Origin: an uncultured Flavobacteriales bacterium
GTDB lineage: Bacteria; Bacteroidota; Bacteroidia; Flavobacteriales_C; GCA-002722245
NCBI GenBank assembly: GCA_905182585.1
Contig: CAJJCC010000001.1
Location: forward strand, 96-64,095
Direction: 5' to 3'
DNA length: 64,000 nucleotides
Positions 10,161-20,778 of this stretch are shown piece by piece. The position numbers and the translations under genes are program-made. The notes beneath the pieces were generated by a model. The model searched no databases, was not told the DNA's origin, and saw only the letters and a list, made by a program, of their open reading frames with translations. Position 1 is the stretch's first letter; each line of letters opens with the position of its first letter.

Positions 10161-10709
10161 ATGAAAATATTACTTAGTAGTTTATTAATAGTAGTTTGCT
10201 CACTGGGGACTTTTGCTCAAAAGTATATGCAAACAACCTCGAGTATTACATTTTTTTCTTCTGCTCCTTTGGAGGACATTTTTGCGGAAAGTAAAAAGTC
10301 CAAATCTATTCTGGATATAAATAGTAAGGATATTGTCATCTTAATGAAACCGAATACGTTCATATTTAAAAATCCAATGATGCAAGAGCATTTTAATGAG
10401 GATTATATGGAATCGGCTACTTTTACAAAAGCTACTTTTTCCGGAAAAATTGAAGGAGCTTTTGATGTATTAAAAGATGGCATCTACCCTGTGAAGGTGA
10501 ATGGGAAACTAGCAATGCATGGGGTTGAGCAATTAAGAATAATTGATGGAAAGATAATTGTTAAAAATGGTGTCGTTTCGATTGAAGCTAAGTTTGCTGT
10601 AAAAGTTGCCGATCATGGAATTAAAGTTCCTTCTATTCAGATTAAGAATATCGCAGAAGTAGTAGAAGTGAGCATAAAAATCACGTACAAAGAATTAAAA
10701 ACTAAATAA
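10161..10709 (+). CDS. YceI-like periplasmic/lipid-binding protein
   Basis: 182 aa with signal peptide. Beta-rich, with a YceI-like pattern (SSITFFS.., LAMHGVEQ..). Its stop overlaps the next start (TAATGA). Confidence 0.5.
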   Translation: MKILLSSLLIVVCSLGTFAQKYMQTTSSITFFSSAPLEDIFAESKKSKSILDINSKDIVILMKPNTFIFKNPMMQEHFNEDYMESATFTKATFSGKIEGAFDVLKDGIYPVKVNGKLAMHGVEQLRIIDGKIIVKNGVVSIEAKFAVKVADHGIKVPSIQIKNIAEVVEVSIKITYKELKTK

Positions 10710-11608
10710 TGAAACGCATTTTTATTTTCGTACTTTTTCTTCTCACAATTAGTACTTATGCGCAGGACGATCTTTTAGCTGCTTTGGAAGCTGAAGACTC
10801 AATATCTGCTGGGCCTGTGGTTATTAATTCGACTTGGAAATCTACTTATTTAATTAATTTCCATACTTCTGAAACTGAGAAGAAAGGTGTGTTGGATTTT
10901 CGAATTGCACATCGATTTGGAAATATTGATGGATTAAACGGTGGAGGGCACACTTTATACGGATTGGATCAATCTTCTAATATTAGATTTTCTTTCGATT
11001 ATGGTATAACTGACGATTTTCAAATTGGAATTGGAAGAAGTAAAATGGAAGAAAATATTGACGGTTTAGTGAAATATAAGTTTTTAAAACAAAAGAAAAA
11101 CGGAATGCCACTCTCATTATTATTAATGGCGAGCGTTGCTTTTACTCCAAAAGAGGATGTGCTGGATTATTATTCAAATGCAGCTCACAGATTCTCTTAT
11201 TACAATCAGATTATTATAAGTAGTAAGCTGAACTCTTGGTTCTCAGGATTATTAAATGTTAGTCATTTCTATCGAAATTTAATCGTTCAATCTGCAGATC
11301 TTAGTTTGCCAAGAGACGTTAATCGCATTTTTGGAGTAGGATTAGGGGTTCGTACCAAACTAACGCGTAAACTATCTTTAGTGGGCGAATATGCTTATTC
11401 TTTTAATGAGCTTAGAAATAGTGAATACCAATATTCTCATCCATTATCTTTGGGTGTGGAAATTGAAACAGGCGGTCATGTATTTCATATTAATCTTTCT
11501 AATTCTGCAGGATTAATAGGGCAAGATTTAATTAATGAAGGTCCTGATAATTGGTTAGACGGAGAATTTAAACTAGGCTTTACAATTTCAAGAGTATTTG
11601 CAATTTAA
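10709..11608 (+). CDS. outer-membrane beta-barrel protein (DUF5777-like)
   Basis: 299 aa with signal peptide. DFRIAHRFG motif, alternating beta-strand pattern, C-terminal aromatic-rich strand. Confidence 0.45.
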   Translation: MKRIFIFVLFLLTISTYAQDDLLAALEAEDSISAGPVVINSTWKSTYLINFHTSETEKKGVLDFRIAHRFGNIDGLNGGGHTLYGLDQSSNIRFSFDYGITDDFQIGIGRSKMEENIDGLVKYKFLKQKKNGMPLSLLLMASVAFTPKEDVLDYYSNAAHRFSYYNQIIISSKLNSWFSGLLNVSHFYRNLIVQSADLSLPRDVNRIFGVGLGVRTKLTRKLSLVGEYAYSFNELRNSEYQYSHPLSLGVEIETGGHVFHINLSNSAGLIGQDLINEGPDNWLDGEFKLGFTISRVFAI

Positions 11609-12297
11609 TGCTTAATGACCTTAAGAACATACGCGAAGATTTTGTAGATCCTTGGTTGGGAATTATTTTCTTAACTATGGTTGTCTTAATTGCGTTCATT
11701 TCACACAATTTCCGAGCACACATTCGTAGAGTTTTATTGGCCAATTTTGTTAGTAGAGAGCTAACGAATCATAAAAGAGATGAATCGAACACGACGAGAA
11801 AAGCTAATATTTGGTTAAATAGTTTCTTTTTGTTGAACGTGACAATAATCTTCTATGTTTTTGCGCTTAAGATGTCAATTACTTTTGGCTTAAGCAATGG
11901 TTTGTTTTTTTTAGTTTGTGTGGGTAGTGTATTTGGGTGGTATTTTATAAAGTATTTAGTTCAGTATTTTATAGGTATGACATTTAAAATGAAAGAGTTA
12001 ACGACATCCTATATTGAGCAATCCACGATAAAGGATAAAGCCTTTGGAATATTGATTTTTCCCCTAGTAATATTAACTGTCTTTAACAGAGAGTTAAGTG
12101 ATATTATATTTTATGGAATTTTGATTATATCTGTTATATATCTGTTTTTTAGATGGATAAACGGGGTGGTTCTAGGAATAAGACAAGGAAACATTCCTTT
12201 TTTGTATTCAATTTTGTATATTTGCACCCTCGAAATACTGCCTGTAGTACTGGCAGTAAAGATATTTTTAGAGCCAATAATAAGCCCGTTAGCTTAG
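11608..12297 (+). CDS. multi-pass membrane protein (DUF4271-like)
   Basis: 229 aa with about 5-6 hydrophobic helices. Sits directly upstream of hemD, a pairing I recall as common in Bacteroidota. Confidence 0.5.
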   Translation: MLNDLKNIREDFVDPWLGIIFLTMVVLIAFISHNFRAHIRRVLLANFVSRELTNHKRDESNTTRKANIWLNSFFLLNVTIIFYVFALKMSITFGLSNGLFFLVCVGSVFGWYFIKYLVQYFIGMTFKMKELTTSYIEQSTIKDKAFGILIFPLVILTVFNRELSDIIFYGILIISVIYLFFRWINGVVLGIRQGNIPFLYSILYICTLEILPVVLAVKIFLEPIISPLA

Positions 12298-12310
12298 CAA
12301 AGAAATAGAC

Positions 12311-13057
12311 ATGGATAACGAAATTAATACTATTCTGGTATCTCAACCGAAACCAGAAAATAATAAATCACCATTTTTTGCCTTAGAGGCAAAGCACAAC
12401 ATTAAAGTTGATTTCAGATCTTTTATTCACATAGAAGGGGTTGACTTGAAGGGTTTTAGAGACCAAAGACTGAATTTGCCAGATTTTACTGCAATTATTT
12501 TAACTTCAAGAAAAGCAGTTGATAATTTCTTTAGAATTTGTAAAGAATCTAAATATAATGTTCCCGATACTTTAAAGTATTTCTGTATTTCAGAAGCAGT
12601 TGCTCTTTATTTACAAAAGCATGTTGTTTATCGTAAAAGAAAGATTTTTCATGGACGTCAAAAGTTCATAGAACTGATGGAATTGATTAAAAAACACAAA
12701 TCTGAGACGTTTCTTTTACCATCTTCGGATATTTTGAAGGATATAATACCTACTTCACTAGAAGAAGCAGGAATCAATTATACAAGAGCAATATTATATA
12801 AAACTGTTATCAGTGATTTGAGTGATTTAGAAAACGTTACTTATGATTGTTTAGTTTTTTATAGCCCAGCAGGAATTGAATCATTATTCAAGAATTTCCC
12901 TGACTTTAAACAAAAATCCACAAGAATTGCAGTGTTTGGTGATTTCACAAAAAAGGCTGCTGAAAATGCTGGCTTAAATGTTGATATCGGAGCGCCTGCA
13001 CCCAATGCGCCATCAATGACAGGTGCAATTGAAATTTATCTTAAATCAACTAATTAA
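12311..13057 (+). CDS. hemD: uroporphyrinogen-III synthase
   Basis: 248 aa with HemD-like two-lobe pattern (ILVSQPKPENNKSPF.., ILTSRKAVDNFF, LVFYSPAGIESLF). Confidence 0.7.
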   Translation: MDNEINTILVSQPKPENNKSPFFALEAKHNIKVDFRSFIHIEGVDLKGFRDQRLNLPDFTAIILTSRKAVDNFFRICKESKYNVPDTLKYFCISEAVALYLQKHVVYRKRKIFHGRQKFIELMELIKKHKSETFLLPSSDILKDIIPTSLEEAGINYTRAILYKTVISDLSDLENVTYDCLVFYSPAGIESLFKNFPDFKQKSTRIAVFGDFTKKAAENAGLNVDIGAPAPNAPSMTGAIEIYLKSTN

Positions 13058-13076
13058 AACGATTTATAACGATCAA

Positions 13077-13101
13077 GGGTGAATTTATTCACCCTTTTTT
13101 T
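13077..13101 (+). terminator. intrinsic terminator after hemD
   Basis: GGGTGAA-TTTA-TTCACCC followed by T7. Overlaps the 3' end of the convergent glycosyltransferase ORF. Confidence 0.6.
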
Positions 13102-14140
13102 GTGCGTTATATTTTTTTAAAATAGCTACTAATTTTTCTGCAATCTTCGTTTCACTGTACTCGCTTCTAAGTAAGTTTAGCGTGTTGACAGATAGTTTTT
13201 GTGCTAACTCAGGACTGTCTTTCAATTTTAAAATAGCATTCTTAATAGCCAACTTATTATTGGTAGTTAAAAAGATGTTTTCTTCGTGCTTAAAGATCTC
13301 TTTAATTCCATCAGATTCCATCGTGATGATAGGCTTACCCATCGCGGCATAATGGAATATTTTGTTAGGAATAACAAACTGTGCTTTGGGTGTGTCGCCA
13401 AATATTCCTAAACATATATCAAAATTATTAATGTGTTGAGGTAAGTCAGCGTAATTAATCCAACCTTCAAATTTTAAGTTGGTTAATTGTTTGTGTTTTG
13501 CCAATTGTTGCATTTCCTCATATTGAAACCCCGTTCCAAGTAATCTAAATTCAATACTCGAATCGTTTTTTAATAATTCAGCAGTTTCAATAATATACTT
13601 AACACCTTGTAATGGAATAAAGCCACCATAAAATCCAACAACAAACTTTTCGGTTTTTGTTTTAGTGGTCGGATTAAAGTCTGATACGCTAGCACCTACT
13701 GGGAGGACTTTTATTTTATCTAATTCAATATTAAAAGTAGTATGATAATACTTTTTATGCTCTTCAGTATCCGCAATTAATAAGTCTACAGCTTTAAAAG
13801 GTAGTTTGTCTTTTAAATAGTTTTTATAAGCTCTAGGAGACCATTTTGAAACACTTTTATAGTCAAATACTTTTGTGAGGTAATTGGATATTAGTGGATC
13901 AAATATAACTGGCTTTGAAGCTTTTTTGGTGATGAACTTTACAAACTTGTGCGAGAAAGAAGGACAGTAGATAAAATCGCATTGCGTTTGAAGCTTATTA
14001 AATTCTGTAAGGTTGAAATCCTTTTTTTTATTAAAAGGGAGCTCACAAACAGTTAAGTCATTAAGTTTCCTAAGCCCTTCAAGGATAATTTTATTACGAT
14101 TGTATTCAGGATTGTATTTCCCAACAAACAGAATATTCAT
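13085..14140 (-). CDS. glycosyltransferase (GT-B fold, GT4-like)
   Basis: 351 aa with C-terminal GT1/GT4-type sugar-donor domain pattern (FVIPNKIFHYAAMGKPIIT). Confidence 0.7.
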   Translation of the reverse strand: MNILFVGKYNPEYNRNKIILEGLRKLNDLTVCELPFNKKKDFNLTEFNKLQTQCDFIYCPSFSHKFVKFITKKASKPVIFDPLISNYLTKVFDYKSVSKWSPRAYKNYLKDKLPFKAVDLLIADTEEHKKYYHTTFNIELDKIKVLPVGASVSDFNPTTKTKTEKFVVGFYGGFIPLQGVKYIIETAELLKNDSSIEFRLLGTGFQYEEMQQLAKHKQLTNLKFEGWINYADLPQHINNFDICLGIFGDTPKAQFVIPNKIFHYAAMGKPIITMESDGIKEIFKHEENIFLTTNNKLAIKNAILKLKDSPELAQKLSVNTLNLLRSEYSETKIAEKLVAILKKYNAQKKGE

Positions 14141-14272
14141 TTCGTAAAGATATTGGAAGAAAAATTGGTTCCAAACAATTTTAGTAGTTTAAATAACGTT
14201 TAAATAATCTCTGTTTTTTTTAACTAAGCACCGATTAGGCTTCTGTTTTAGCGTCTTTTTTTTAAAAAAAAA

Positions 14273-15406
14273 CTAAGGTTTGCACTTTAGATAATTACAA
14301 ACCTTTAAACTAAGATTCATAAAAGCAATTTTAGCGTAAGCATTCCTTAATATAGCAGTATGAGTATGCTCGAACACTTCGATAATCTCCATAATGTTTC
14401 CACCATGAATAAACTTGGCGAATTTTTTATTGAAGATTGCTTCCTTTTGGTGTAAACGATTTAATTCAGGATTTGCGTAATTATAAATCATACACTCTCT
14501 GAAAACCCGTAAACCATACTCTAAAAACTCTTTTTGTTTGATTCTACCCATCTTGTGAATATTCTCAATTAGTTTATCCAAGTTGAGAAAATCAACAACG
14601 TAACAAAGCCGCATCCAAGTTTGAAAAAGTTCAATAAACTTCTCGTCACCATCAGGGTTTTTGACCAACTGAAGCGCCTTGTTAAAGTTTCCGGCTGCCA
14701 TCATGGCTAGGGACTCCGCTAAATCATCCGGAACACCTTCCTTTTCTATAAGACCAGTTATGATTTCCTTATCCGTAAGGTTATTTAGTTTAATGATTTG
14801 AACCCTAGATATGATTGTAGCTAATAACTCATCGGAATTATGGCCAACCAATAAAAATAAAGAGTTTGGATTGGGCTCTTCCAAAACTTTTAAAATTTTA
14901 TTAGAACAATCGGTATTCATTTTCTCAGGCCACCATATAATAACAACCTTGAATTTTGCCTCGTAATTTTTAAGAATTAAGGATTTTATGATGTCCTGAC
15001 TATCTAATTTGTTAATGATCGATAGCTTTTCGCCAGCGCCTATATAATCAGTCCAATCTGATAATTCAAAGTATTCTTTTTCTTTTGAAAATTCAATCCA
15101 TTGTTTCGTCAGCTTCTTACTAGAGGGCTGGGTTTTTACTTCCTTAGACACAGCTGAAGGGAAAAAGAAATTTAAATCAGGGTGTTGAAAGTTTTGATAT
15201 TTGATGCAACTGGGACAACCACCACAGGAATCATCTTCTTTTGGTGTTTCACAGTTAACATATTGTGCATAAGCTAAAGCAAGTTGGTAGTTTCCTCCAC
15301 CTTCACTTCCTAAAAACATTTGAGCGTGGCTAATTCGATTTTTCTTAACCCCTTCGATTAAATGCTTTTTGGTTTCACTATGTCCTACAACATCTTTAAA
15401 TAACAT
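14273..15406 (-). CDS. holB: DNA polymerase III delta-prime subunit (AAA+ clamp-loader)
   Basis: 377 aa. HAQMFLGSEGGG Walker-like region, zinc module C-x-CGGCPSC, and IISRVQI sensor motif. Confidence 0.75.
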   Translation of the reverse strand: MLFKDVVGHSETKKHLIEGVKKNRISHAQMFLGSEGGGNYQLALAYAQYVNCETPKEDDSCGGCPSCIKYQNFQHPDLNFFFPSAVSKEVKTQPSSKKLTKQWIEFSKEKEYFELSDWTDYIGAGEKLSIINKLDSQDIIKSLILKNYEAKFKVVIIWWPEKMNTDCSNKILKVLEEPNPNSLFLLVGHNSDELLATIISRVQIIKLNNLTDKEIITGLIEKEGVPDDLAESLAMMAAGNFNKALQLVKNPDGDEKFIELFQTWMRLCYVVDFLNLDKLIENIHKMGRIKQKEFLEYGLRVFRECMIYNYANPELNRLHQKEAIFNKKFAKFIHGGNIMEIIEVFEHTHTAILRNAYAKIAFMNLSLKVCNYLKCKP

Positions 15407-15566
15407 TACCTTAAAGATAAAGCTATCAATTGGATAACAAAGCGTGTAGAGTATGGAAATGATTTATTCCAGTATTCTCCTTGTTTTTTTTATCGATTCC
15501 CGAACATAATCGTTAAATTTGACCAGTACCGAAAGGAAGAATTTAAGAACCAAACTCAAAAGACAT

Positions 15567-16757
15567 ATGAAAACTGTAACAGATTACGATTTTTCAGGAA
15601 AAAAAGCGATTGTAAGAGTTGATTTTAACGTGCCGTTAGATAAAAACTTAGTCATTACTGATGATACAAGAATTAGAGCTGCTGTTCCAACAATCAAAAC
15701 TATTTTAGAGAAAGGTGGAAGTGTAATTTTAATGTCACACTTAGGTCGTCCAAAAAGTGGTCCTGAAGACAAGTTTTCATTAAAGTGTATTGTTGCAAAA
15801 GTAAGTGAGCATTTAGGAGTAGACGTTAAATTTGCGAATGATTGTATTGGTCCTGTTGCTGAAGAAGCTGCTGGAGCGTTAAAAGCTGGAGAAGTGCTAT
15901 TGCTTAATAACTTAAGATTTTACAAAGAAGAAACTGCAGGGGATAAGGGATTCGCTGAGCAATTATCAAAATTAGCTGATTGTTACGTAAACGACGCTTT
16001 TGGAACTGCGCATAGAGCACATGCATCAACAACTATTATCGCTCAGTTTTTCCCGAATGATAAAATGTTCGGTTTATTACTAGCGAATGAATTAGAAAGT
16101 ATTGATAAAGCAATTAAGTCCGGAAAAGGACCGTTAACTGCAATTATGGGTGGATCGAAAGTTTCATCTAAAATCCAAATCATTACACAAATGTTGGATA
16201 AGGTTGATAACCTAATCATTGGTGGTGGAATGGGATATACTTTTTCAAAAGCGAAAGGCGGGAAAATTGGAAACTCAATTGTTGAAGATGATTTCTTAGA
16301 AACTGCTCTTAATATATTAAAAGAAGCGAAGGAAAAAGGCGTAAATGTTTATTTACCGGTTGATTCAGTTGTTGCTGATGATTTTTCAAATGATGCCAAT
16401 ACTAAAATAGCAACTGCAGGACAAATTCCTGATGGTTGGGAAGGTTTAGATTGTGGACCAGAATCAAGAGAGATTTTTGGGAAAGTAATCGAATCTTCGG
16501 GAACTGTTTTATGGAACGGACCAGTAGGCGTTTTTGAATTAGAAAGTTTTGGTGCAGGAACTAAAGCAATTGCAAACTCAGTTGTAGAAGCTACAAAAAA
16601 CGGCGCGTTTACCTTAATTGGTGGTGGTGATTCCGTTGCGGCGATTAACAAGTATGGTTTAGCGAATGAAGTTTCTTATATCTCAACTGGTGGTGGAGCT
16701 TTAATGGAATTATTGGAAGGGAAAGTACTTCCTGGTGTTGATGCAATTTTAAGCTAA
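15567..16757 (+). CDS. pgk: phosphoglycerate kinase
   Basis: Strong PGK motifs ([19 protein letters not shown]). I prefer the ATG at 15567 (MKTVTDYDF..) over the TTG at 15519 given in the ORF track. Confidence 0.95.
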   Translation: MKTVTDYDFSGKKAIVRVDFNVPLDKNLVITDDTRIRAAVPTIKTILEKGGSVILMSHLGRPKSGPEDKFSLKCIVAKVSEHLGVDVKFANDCIGPVAEEAAGALKAGEVLLLNNLRFYKEETAGDKGFAEQLSKLADCYVNDAFGTAHRAHASTTIIAQFFPNDKMFGLLLANELESIDKAIKSGKGPLTAIMGGSKVSSKIQIITQMLDKVDNLIIGGGMGYTFSKAKGGKIGNSIVEDDFLETALNILKEAKEKGVNVYLPVDSVVADDFSNDANTKIATAGQIPDGWEGLDCGPESREIFGKVIESSGTVLWNGPVGVFELESFGAGTKAIANSVVEATKNGAFTLIGGGDSVAAINKYGLANEVSYISTGGGALMELLEGKVLPGVDAILS

Positions 16758-16776
16758 TAATACCTTTTATAATATT

Positions 16777-16809
16777 GAACAGCTCGCTTCGGCGGGCTGT
16801 TCTTGTTTT
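16777..16809 (+). terminator. intrinsic terminator after pgk
   Basis: 11-bp stem GAACAGCTCGC / GCGGGCTGTTC with a TTCG tetraloop, then TTGTTTT. Confidence 0.7.
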
Positions 16810-17092
16810 AGAGAATTTATAGCGCAACAAGAAAGTCAATTCATTGAAGCGACTTTAGATGATATTATTGGTAATATATGCAGGCTTTATAGAATGCAAA
16901 TTTAGCAGATAACGTGGTGATTAATATTTTCTGAGTAAACACCGTCTCCGTTATTTTATGCTGAGTGTAGTTGATTTTTATTTTGTGATAGTTTTTCACG
17001 ATTCAGCCTATATGACATAGCTGGCTAAATGGAAGTGATTTGAATTTTATGACGTAAAAAACGTATGATTTTCACGAGAATATACTTTTTGT

Positions 17093-17554
17093 TTAAAGTC
17101 CTATGTATTCAGTAGTGGAGACTTTAATTCTTTTGCGGAGACCTAAAGCAGAAGCACGAACATAACCATCTAATTCAAGTTTTAACTTTCCTCCGTTAGT
17201 GGCCAATGAAAGCAAAGACATTACTCCACTACCGAGTAAGTTTTTAAACTTACTTTCTATGCCAATGTTTACAACACCATCACTGTTTTTAGGCAGTTTA
17301 ACGGGTTTTGTTAGTTTAAACGATCCAAGATTAACTCCATTCGCTTTGATGTTAATAGATCCGCCGCTCGCTTTAATCGCAAACCAATTAGGATTAGTGA
17401 GCTTTACACCTAAGTTAATTTTTACACCTTTAAGTGAGAACTCTTCAACTTTATAATCATGAATTCCTTTAAATTTCAAATCTTTAAAAGGAGCACAGCT
17501 CTGAAGGCTCAGTATAACAGAAAGGATTAGTGAATATTTAAGGATAGATTTCAT
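17093..17554 (-). CDS. LEA_2 / NDR1-HIN1-like lipoprotein
   Basis: 153 aa. Lipobox LSLQSC, then a beta-sandwich pattern (VKINLGVKLTNPNWFAI.., GVNLGSF). Confidence 0.5.
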   Translation of the reverse strand: MKSILKYSLILSVILSLQSCAPFKDLKFKGIHDYKVEEFSLKGVKINLGVKLTNPNWFAIKASGGSINIKANGVNLGSFKLTKPVKLPKNSDGVVNIGIESKFKNLLGSGVMSLLSLATNGGKLKLELDGYVRASALGLRKRIKVSTTEYIGL

Positions 17555-17587
17555 ATTTAGTGTGGCGTAAAGTGATTGTCAAAACAA

Positions 17588-17992
17588 TTATTTTTGAAGA
17601 ATAGAACGTAAGTTTGGTTTGAAATAGTTTGGACCTTTTAAAATTTTGCCATCTTCACGATAAATAGGCTTTCCGTCTTCTCCTAATTTACTCATGTTAC
17701 TCCTTTGAATTTCTTCAAAAACCTCCACAATTTTATGTTGCATTCCATGCTTCATAATTGTTCCAAAAAGGATGTACATCATATCTCCTAAAGCATCAGC
17801 AACTTCAATCAAGTCGCCTTCTTTAGCAGCCTGGAGATATTCTTCGTTTTCTTCTTTAAGTAAGTCGAATCTTAACTGAAAATCTTTTTTAGTTAAGTCA
17901 ACTGTAGGTTCGTGGTTATTTGGAATTCCAAAAGAGTCATGAAATTGTTCAACATGACCAATTAAGGCATGAATATCTTTAACTGAAGGCAT
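17588..17992 (-). CDS. MazG-like nucleoside triphosphate pyrophosphohydrolase family protein
   Basis: 134 aa, all-alpha. EENEEY...EVADALGDMMY acidic metal-binding motifs typical of the MazG/HisE-like fold. Confidence 0.6.
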   Translation of the reverse strand: MPSVKDIHALIGHVEQFHDSFGIPNNHEPTVDLTKKDFQLRFDLLKEENEEYLQAAKEGDLIEVADALGDMMYILFGTIMKHGMQHKIVEVFEEIQRSNMSKLGEDGKPIYREDGKILKGPNYFKPNLRSILQK

Positions 17993-18004
17993 AAGATCTA
18001 TTGT

Positions 18005-18385
18005 TTATTTTTTACCAATTTTAATTTCTTTCAAGTCGTCAGGAAGATTTTCATAGCTGTAAAAAATCCCTATATCCTCCCCTTCATTCCAAAGTGGCTT
18101 ATCCGGATGGAAAACGAAATCAAAAATTCTTTTGTCGCCATCTACGTCAGAAACTTTATCTTCTTTTAGTAAAGCGTTTTCAACAACAACGATAAAAGAA
18201 TCATCCTCACCAATAAGTTCGATAACTCGACAATCTTTTAATAAGATTCTTTCAGTTTCGTTATCGTCGTCATCAAAAAGAGGTAATTCAAAATCTTTCA
18301 CTTCATCGTTAACAGTAGTGATGTTAAAAGGAAGTTCTTCTTTAAATTCCCACTCGGCAGCGTGTATATTGATATTAATCGTCAT
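18005..18385 (-). CDS. small acidic hypothetical protein
   Basis: 126-aa ORF rich in D/E, tightly packed with neighbouring minus-strand genes. No recognisable motif. Confidence 0.45.
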   Translation of the reverse strand: MTININIHAAEWEFKEELPFNITTVNDEVKDFELPLFDDDDNETERILLKDCRVIELIGEDDSFIVVVENALLKEDKVSDVDGDKRIFDFVFHPDKPLWNEGEDIGIFYSYENLPDDLKEIKIGKK

Positions 18386-18504
18386 AGTAATATGTTATAA
18401 TAGGGAGTAAAGATAACGTTTAATCAAATCTTATCCTTCTATTACAAAGGGATTGTGGATAGTTTTTGAAAACTTATTTAAAGGAAAAGAAGTAAGTTTA
18501 ATGC

Positions 18505-19611
18505 TTAGTTTATTAAGGATAGATATTCTTTTAACGTTTTTTCAGCAGTTGCTGTTTTTGTAAATGATTTTAAAATCTCTTGTTGAGATGCAATCATTGC
18601 TTCTAAGTCAATTTCGTTCTTAAGAATTCGGTTAACCTGAAATGCCAATTCTTCAGCATCTTTCACAGGAGCTAATAACCCACTTTTTTCATGTTTAACC
18701 AATTCTGGAATTCCACCAGCTTGAGTTCCTACAACTGGAACTTTACAAGCAAAAGCATCAATTACAGATGTTCCTAAGCCTTCAGTTTCGCTAGTAATAA
18801 GGAAAATATCAAGTTCAGGAAGTATTTCGGGTATATCGGCTCTAAATCCTGTGAATATTATATGTTCCTCCATTTTTTGCTTGGAAGTATATTCCTTTAT
18901 TTCTTCTTCTAAAGGACCTGTTCCGATGATTATAAACTTTGCATTTACACGCATAGAAACAAGTTTCTTTACAGTGTTTACAAAAGTGAAATAATCTTTA
19001 TGAGGAGAGATCGCTGCAATGTTTCCAATGATTTTCACCGAATTGGAAATATTAAATTCTGCTCTTAATTTGTTGCAATCCCTTTTTTGGAAGGGAAAGC
19101 GATCGGTGTTAATTCCAGAATGAACCGTTTTAACAATGTTTTTATTCTTTATATCGGGAAGTGTTAAGGTCTTAATTGCATTCGATACGCAAAGAATTCG
19201 TTTAACGTTTTTATGATTGTATTTAAGCTTTGAAAACAGTGTTTGTTTAATCGCAAAATCAACTCTTCTACTAACTACAATTGGAGTTTTATTTCCATAT
19301 AATATCGCAGATAGAACAGCAAATGAGTGCGCGTGCGAATCATGTGTATGAATTATATCGATATTCTTTAAGTCACAAATTGATTTTACTTTTTTAGCGA
19401 AAAAAGGATCAATTGCGGTTCGCTTTTTACATTCAATAATATTCCAGCCTTTTTTCTTTCCACGAATAGCTATTTCACTCCCTTTTCGGCATAAAATATA
19501 TTGATTTATGGCTTTAGTGTTTAACTCCTCGTGCAAATAGGATAATTGTTGTTCACCTCCACGCCAACTCTTTGGTGTTGAAATGTGCAATATATTGGGC
19601 TGTGAACTCAT
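18505..19611 (-). CDS. glycosyltransferase family 4 (LPS/core-type)
   Basis: 368 aa with GT4 C-terminal signature (SETEGLGTSVIDAFACKVPVVGTQAGGIPELV). Overlaps the GT2 gene by 4 nt. Confidence 0.8.
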   Translation of the reverse strand: MSSQPNILHISTPKSWRGGEQQLSYLHEELNTKAINQYILCRKGSEIAIRGKKKGWNIIECKKRTAIDPFFAKKVKSICDLKNIDIIHTHDSHAHSFAVLSAILYGNKTPIVVSRRVDFAIKQTLFSKLKYNHKNVKRILCVSNAIKTLTLPDIKNKNIVKTVHSGINTDRFPFQKRDCNKLRAEFNISNSVKIIGNIAAISPHKDYFTFVNTVKKLVSMRVNAKFIIIGTGPLEEEIKEYTSKQKMEEHIIFTGFRADIPEILPELDIFLITSETEGLGTSVIDAFACKVPVVGTQAGGIPELVKHEKSGLLAPVKDAEELAFQVNRILKNEIDLEAMIASQQEILKSFTKTATAEKTLKEYLSLIN

Positions 19612-20363
19612 TTTGACTGTTGTAATTTCATCAATTTATAATACCTCAAATAAGTGGCATGGGCAGATAATCTGCAAATGTGAAACCCCGTAATTCCATC
19701 CAAAAATCCACGTTTTAAAATGTAGTTTCGAATGAATTTAAAAATTGATTTTACAATAATTTTAAACCAATTGGACTTTTTGCCGAGTTCAAATAAAGAT
19801 TGAGCGGCAATATCCGTAAACTTTACAATTTGAGCCCGATGTTCGCTGACGTGATAAAAAGTATAATGTAAGAGGTCACCTTTTAGTTGAAATTCATTCC
19901 CAGGATCATTCAACAGGTATTTGTCATGCGGGTTTTTACCACCCCATCTACCTTCTTGCTTTTTAAATAAGCGCAGTTTTTTATCAGGATACCATCCACA
20001 ATGCTTAATCCACTTACCACAGTAATTTGTTAATCTACTAAAAATATATCCACCTCCTTTTAGGTTTTCCTTTACAGCTAGTATTGACGCTGTAAGTTCT
20101 TCAGACAATGCTTCATCAGCATCCAAAGATATCACCCAATCATATTGAGTTTTAGTAATGGCGAAGTTTTTTTGTTGAATATGTCCTTTGAATGGATTTG
20201 TAAATATAGTAGCCTTTAAATCTTTCGCTATTTCAACTGTTCGATCGGTTGACCCAGAATCTATAATGACAACTTCATCAGCCACATTTCTTAACGAAGT
20301 AATACATCTTTCGATATTTTTTTCTTCATTAAAGGTGATAATAGCTGCTGATATTTTAGACAT
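19608..20363 (-). CDS. glycosyltransferase family 2
   Basis: 251 aa with GT-A motifs (ISAAIITFNEE.., IIDSGSTD, LDADE). Confidence 0.85.
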   Translation of the reverse strand: MSKISAAIITFNEEKNIERCITSLRNVADEVVIIDSGSTDRTVEIAKDLKATIFTNPFKGHIQQKNFAITKTQYDWVISLDADEALSEELTASILAVKENLKGGGYIFSRLTNYCGKWIKHCGWYPDKKLRLFKKQEGRWGGKNPHDKYLLNDPGNEFQLKGDLLHYTFYHVSEHRAQIVKFTDIAAQSLFELGKKSNWFKIIVKSIFKFIRNYILKRGFLDGITGFHICRLSAHATYLRYYKLMKLQQSK

Positions 20364-20778
20364 AAAATGTAATTACATCCTAAAGTTAACCAAATTGCAG
20401 AAATTCACCTTATTTAGGGTAGTTATGGTTGAAATTAAGTTGTTTTCTTCTGCCATCTATAATTGAGATAATTTACCGAAAATAACACGCATGAAAATAA
20501 CATTTGTTTAGCCCTTTTGGTTTAGGGACTAGTTTCGGCTCAAGATTCATTAAATGTTCAGATTACCAATTGGAAAAAAAAATGAAGTCGTATTTGCAAC
20601 GATTTTTAAAGAACACAGGGATGATTTCGAGATAGTAAAACACACAGAAGTATATCTTGCTTTAGCGTTGCTAACCAAAAGAGATTTTAGGAGCTAAAAA
20701 AGTTATCACTTTTTTATAAAATTTAAACGAAACAAAAAAAGAGATATTAAGTATATCTTTCTTAGTTAAGTGGGTGTT

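Noticed and set aside
15519-15566. N-terminal extensions given by the ORF track: pgk from the TTG at 15519, the methyltransferase to 23954, the hypothetical protein from 23937, and the lipoprotein to 62058.
   Set aside because: The extensions use non-ATG starts or add residues that overlap neighbouring genes. Internal ATGs give canonical N-termini, namely the [12 protein letters not shown] start or proper signal peptides.
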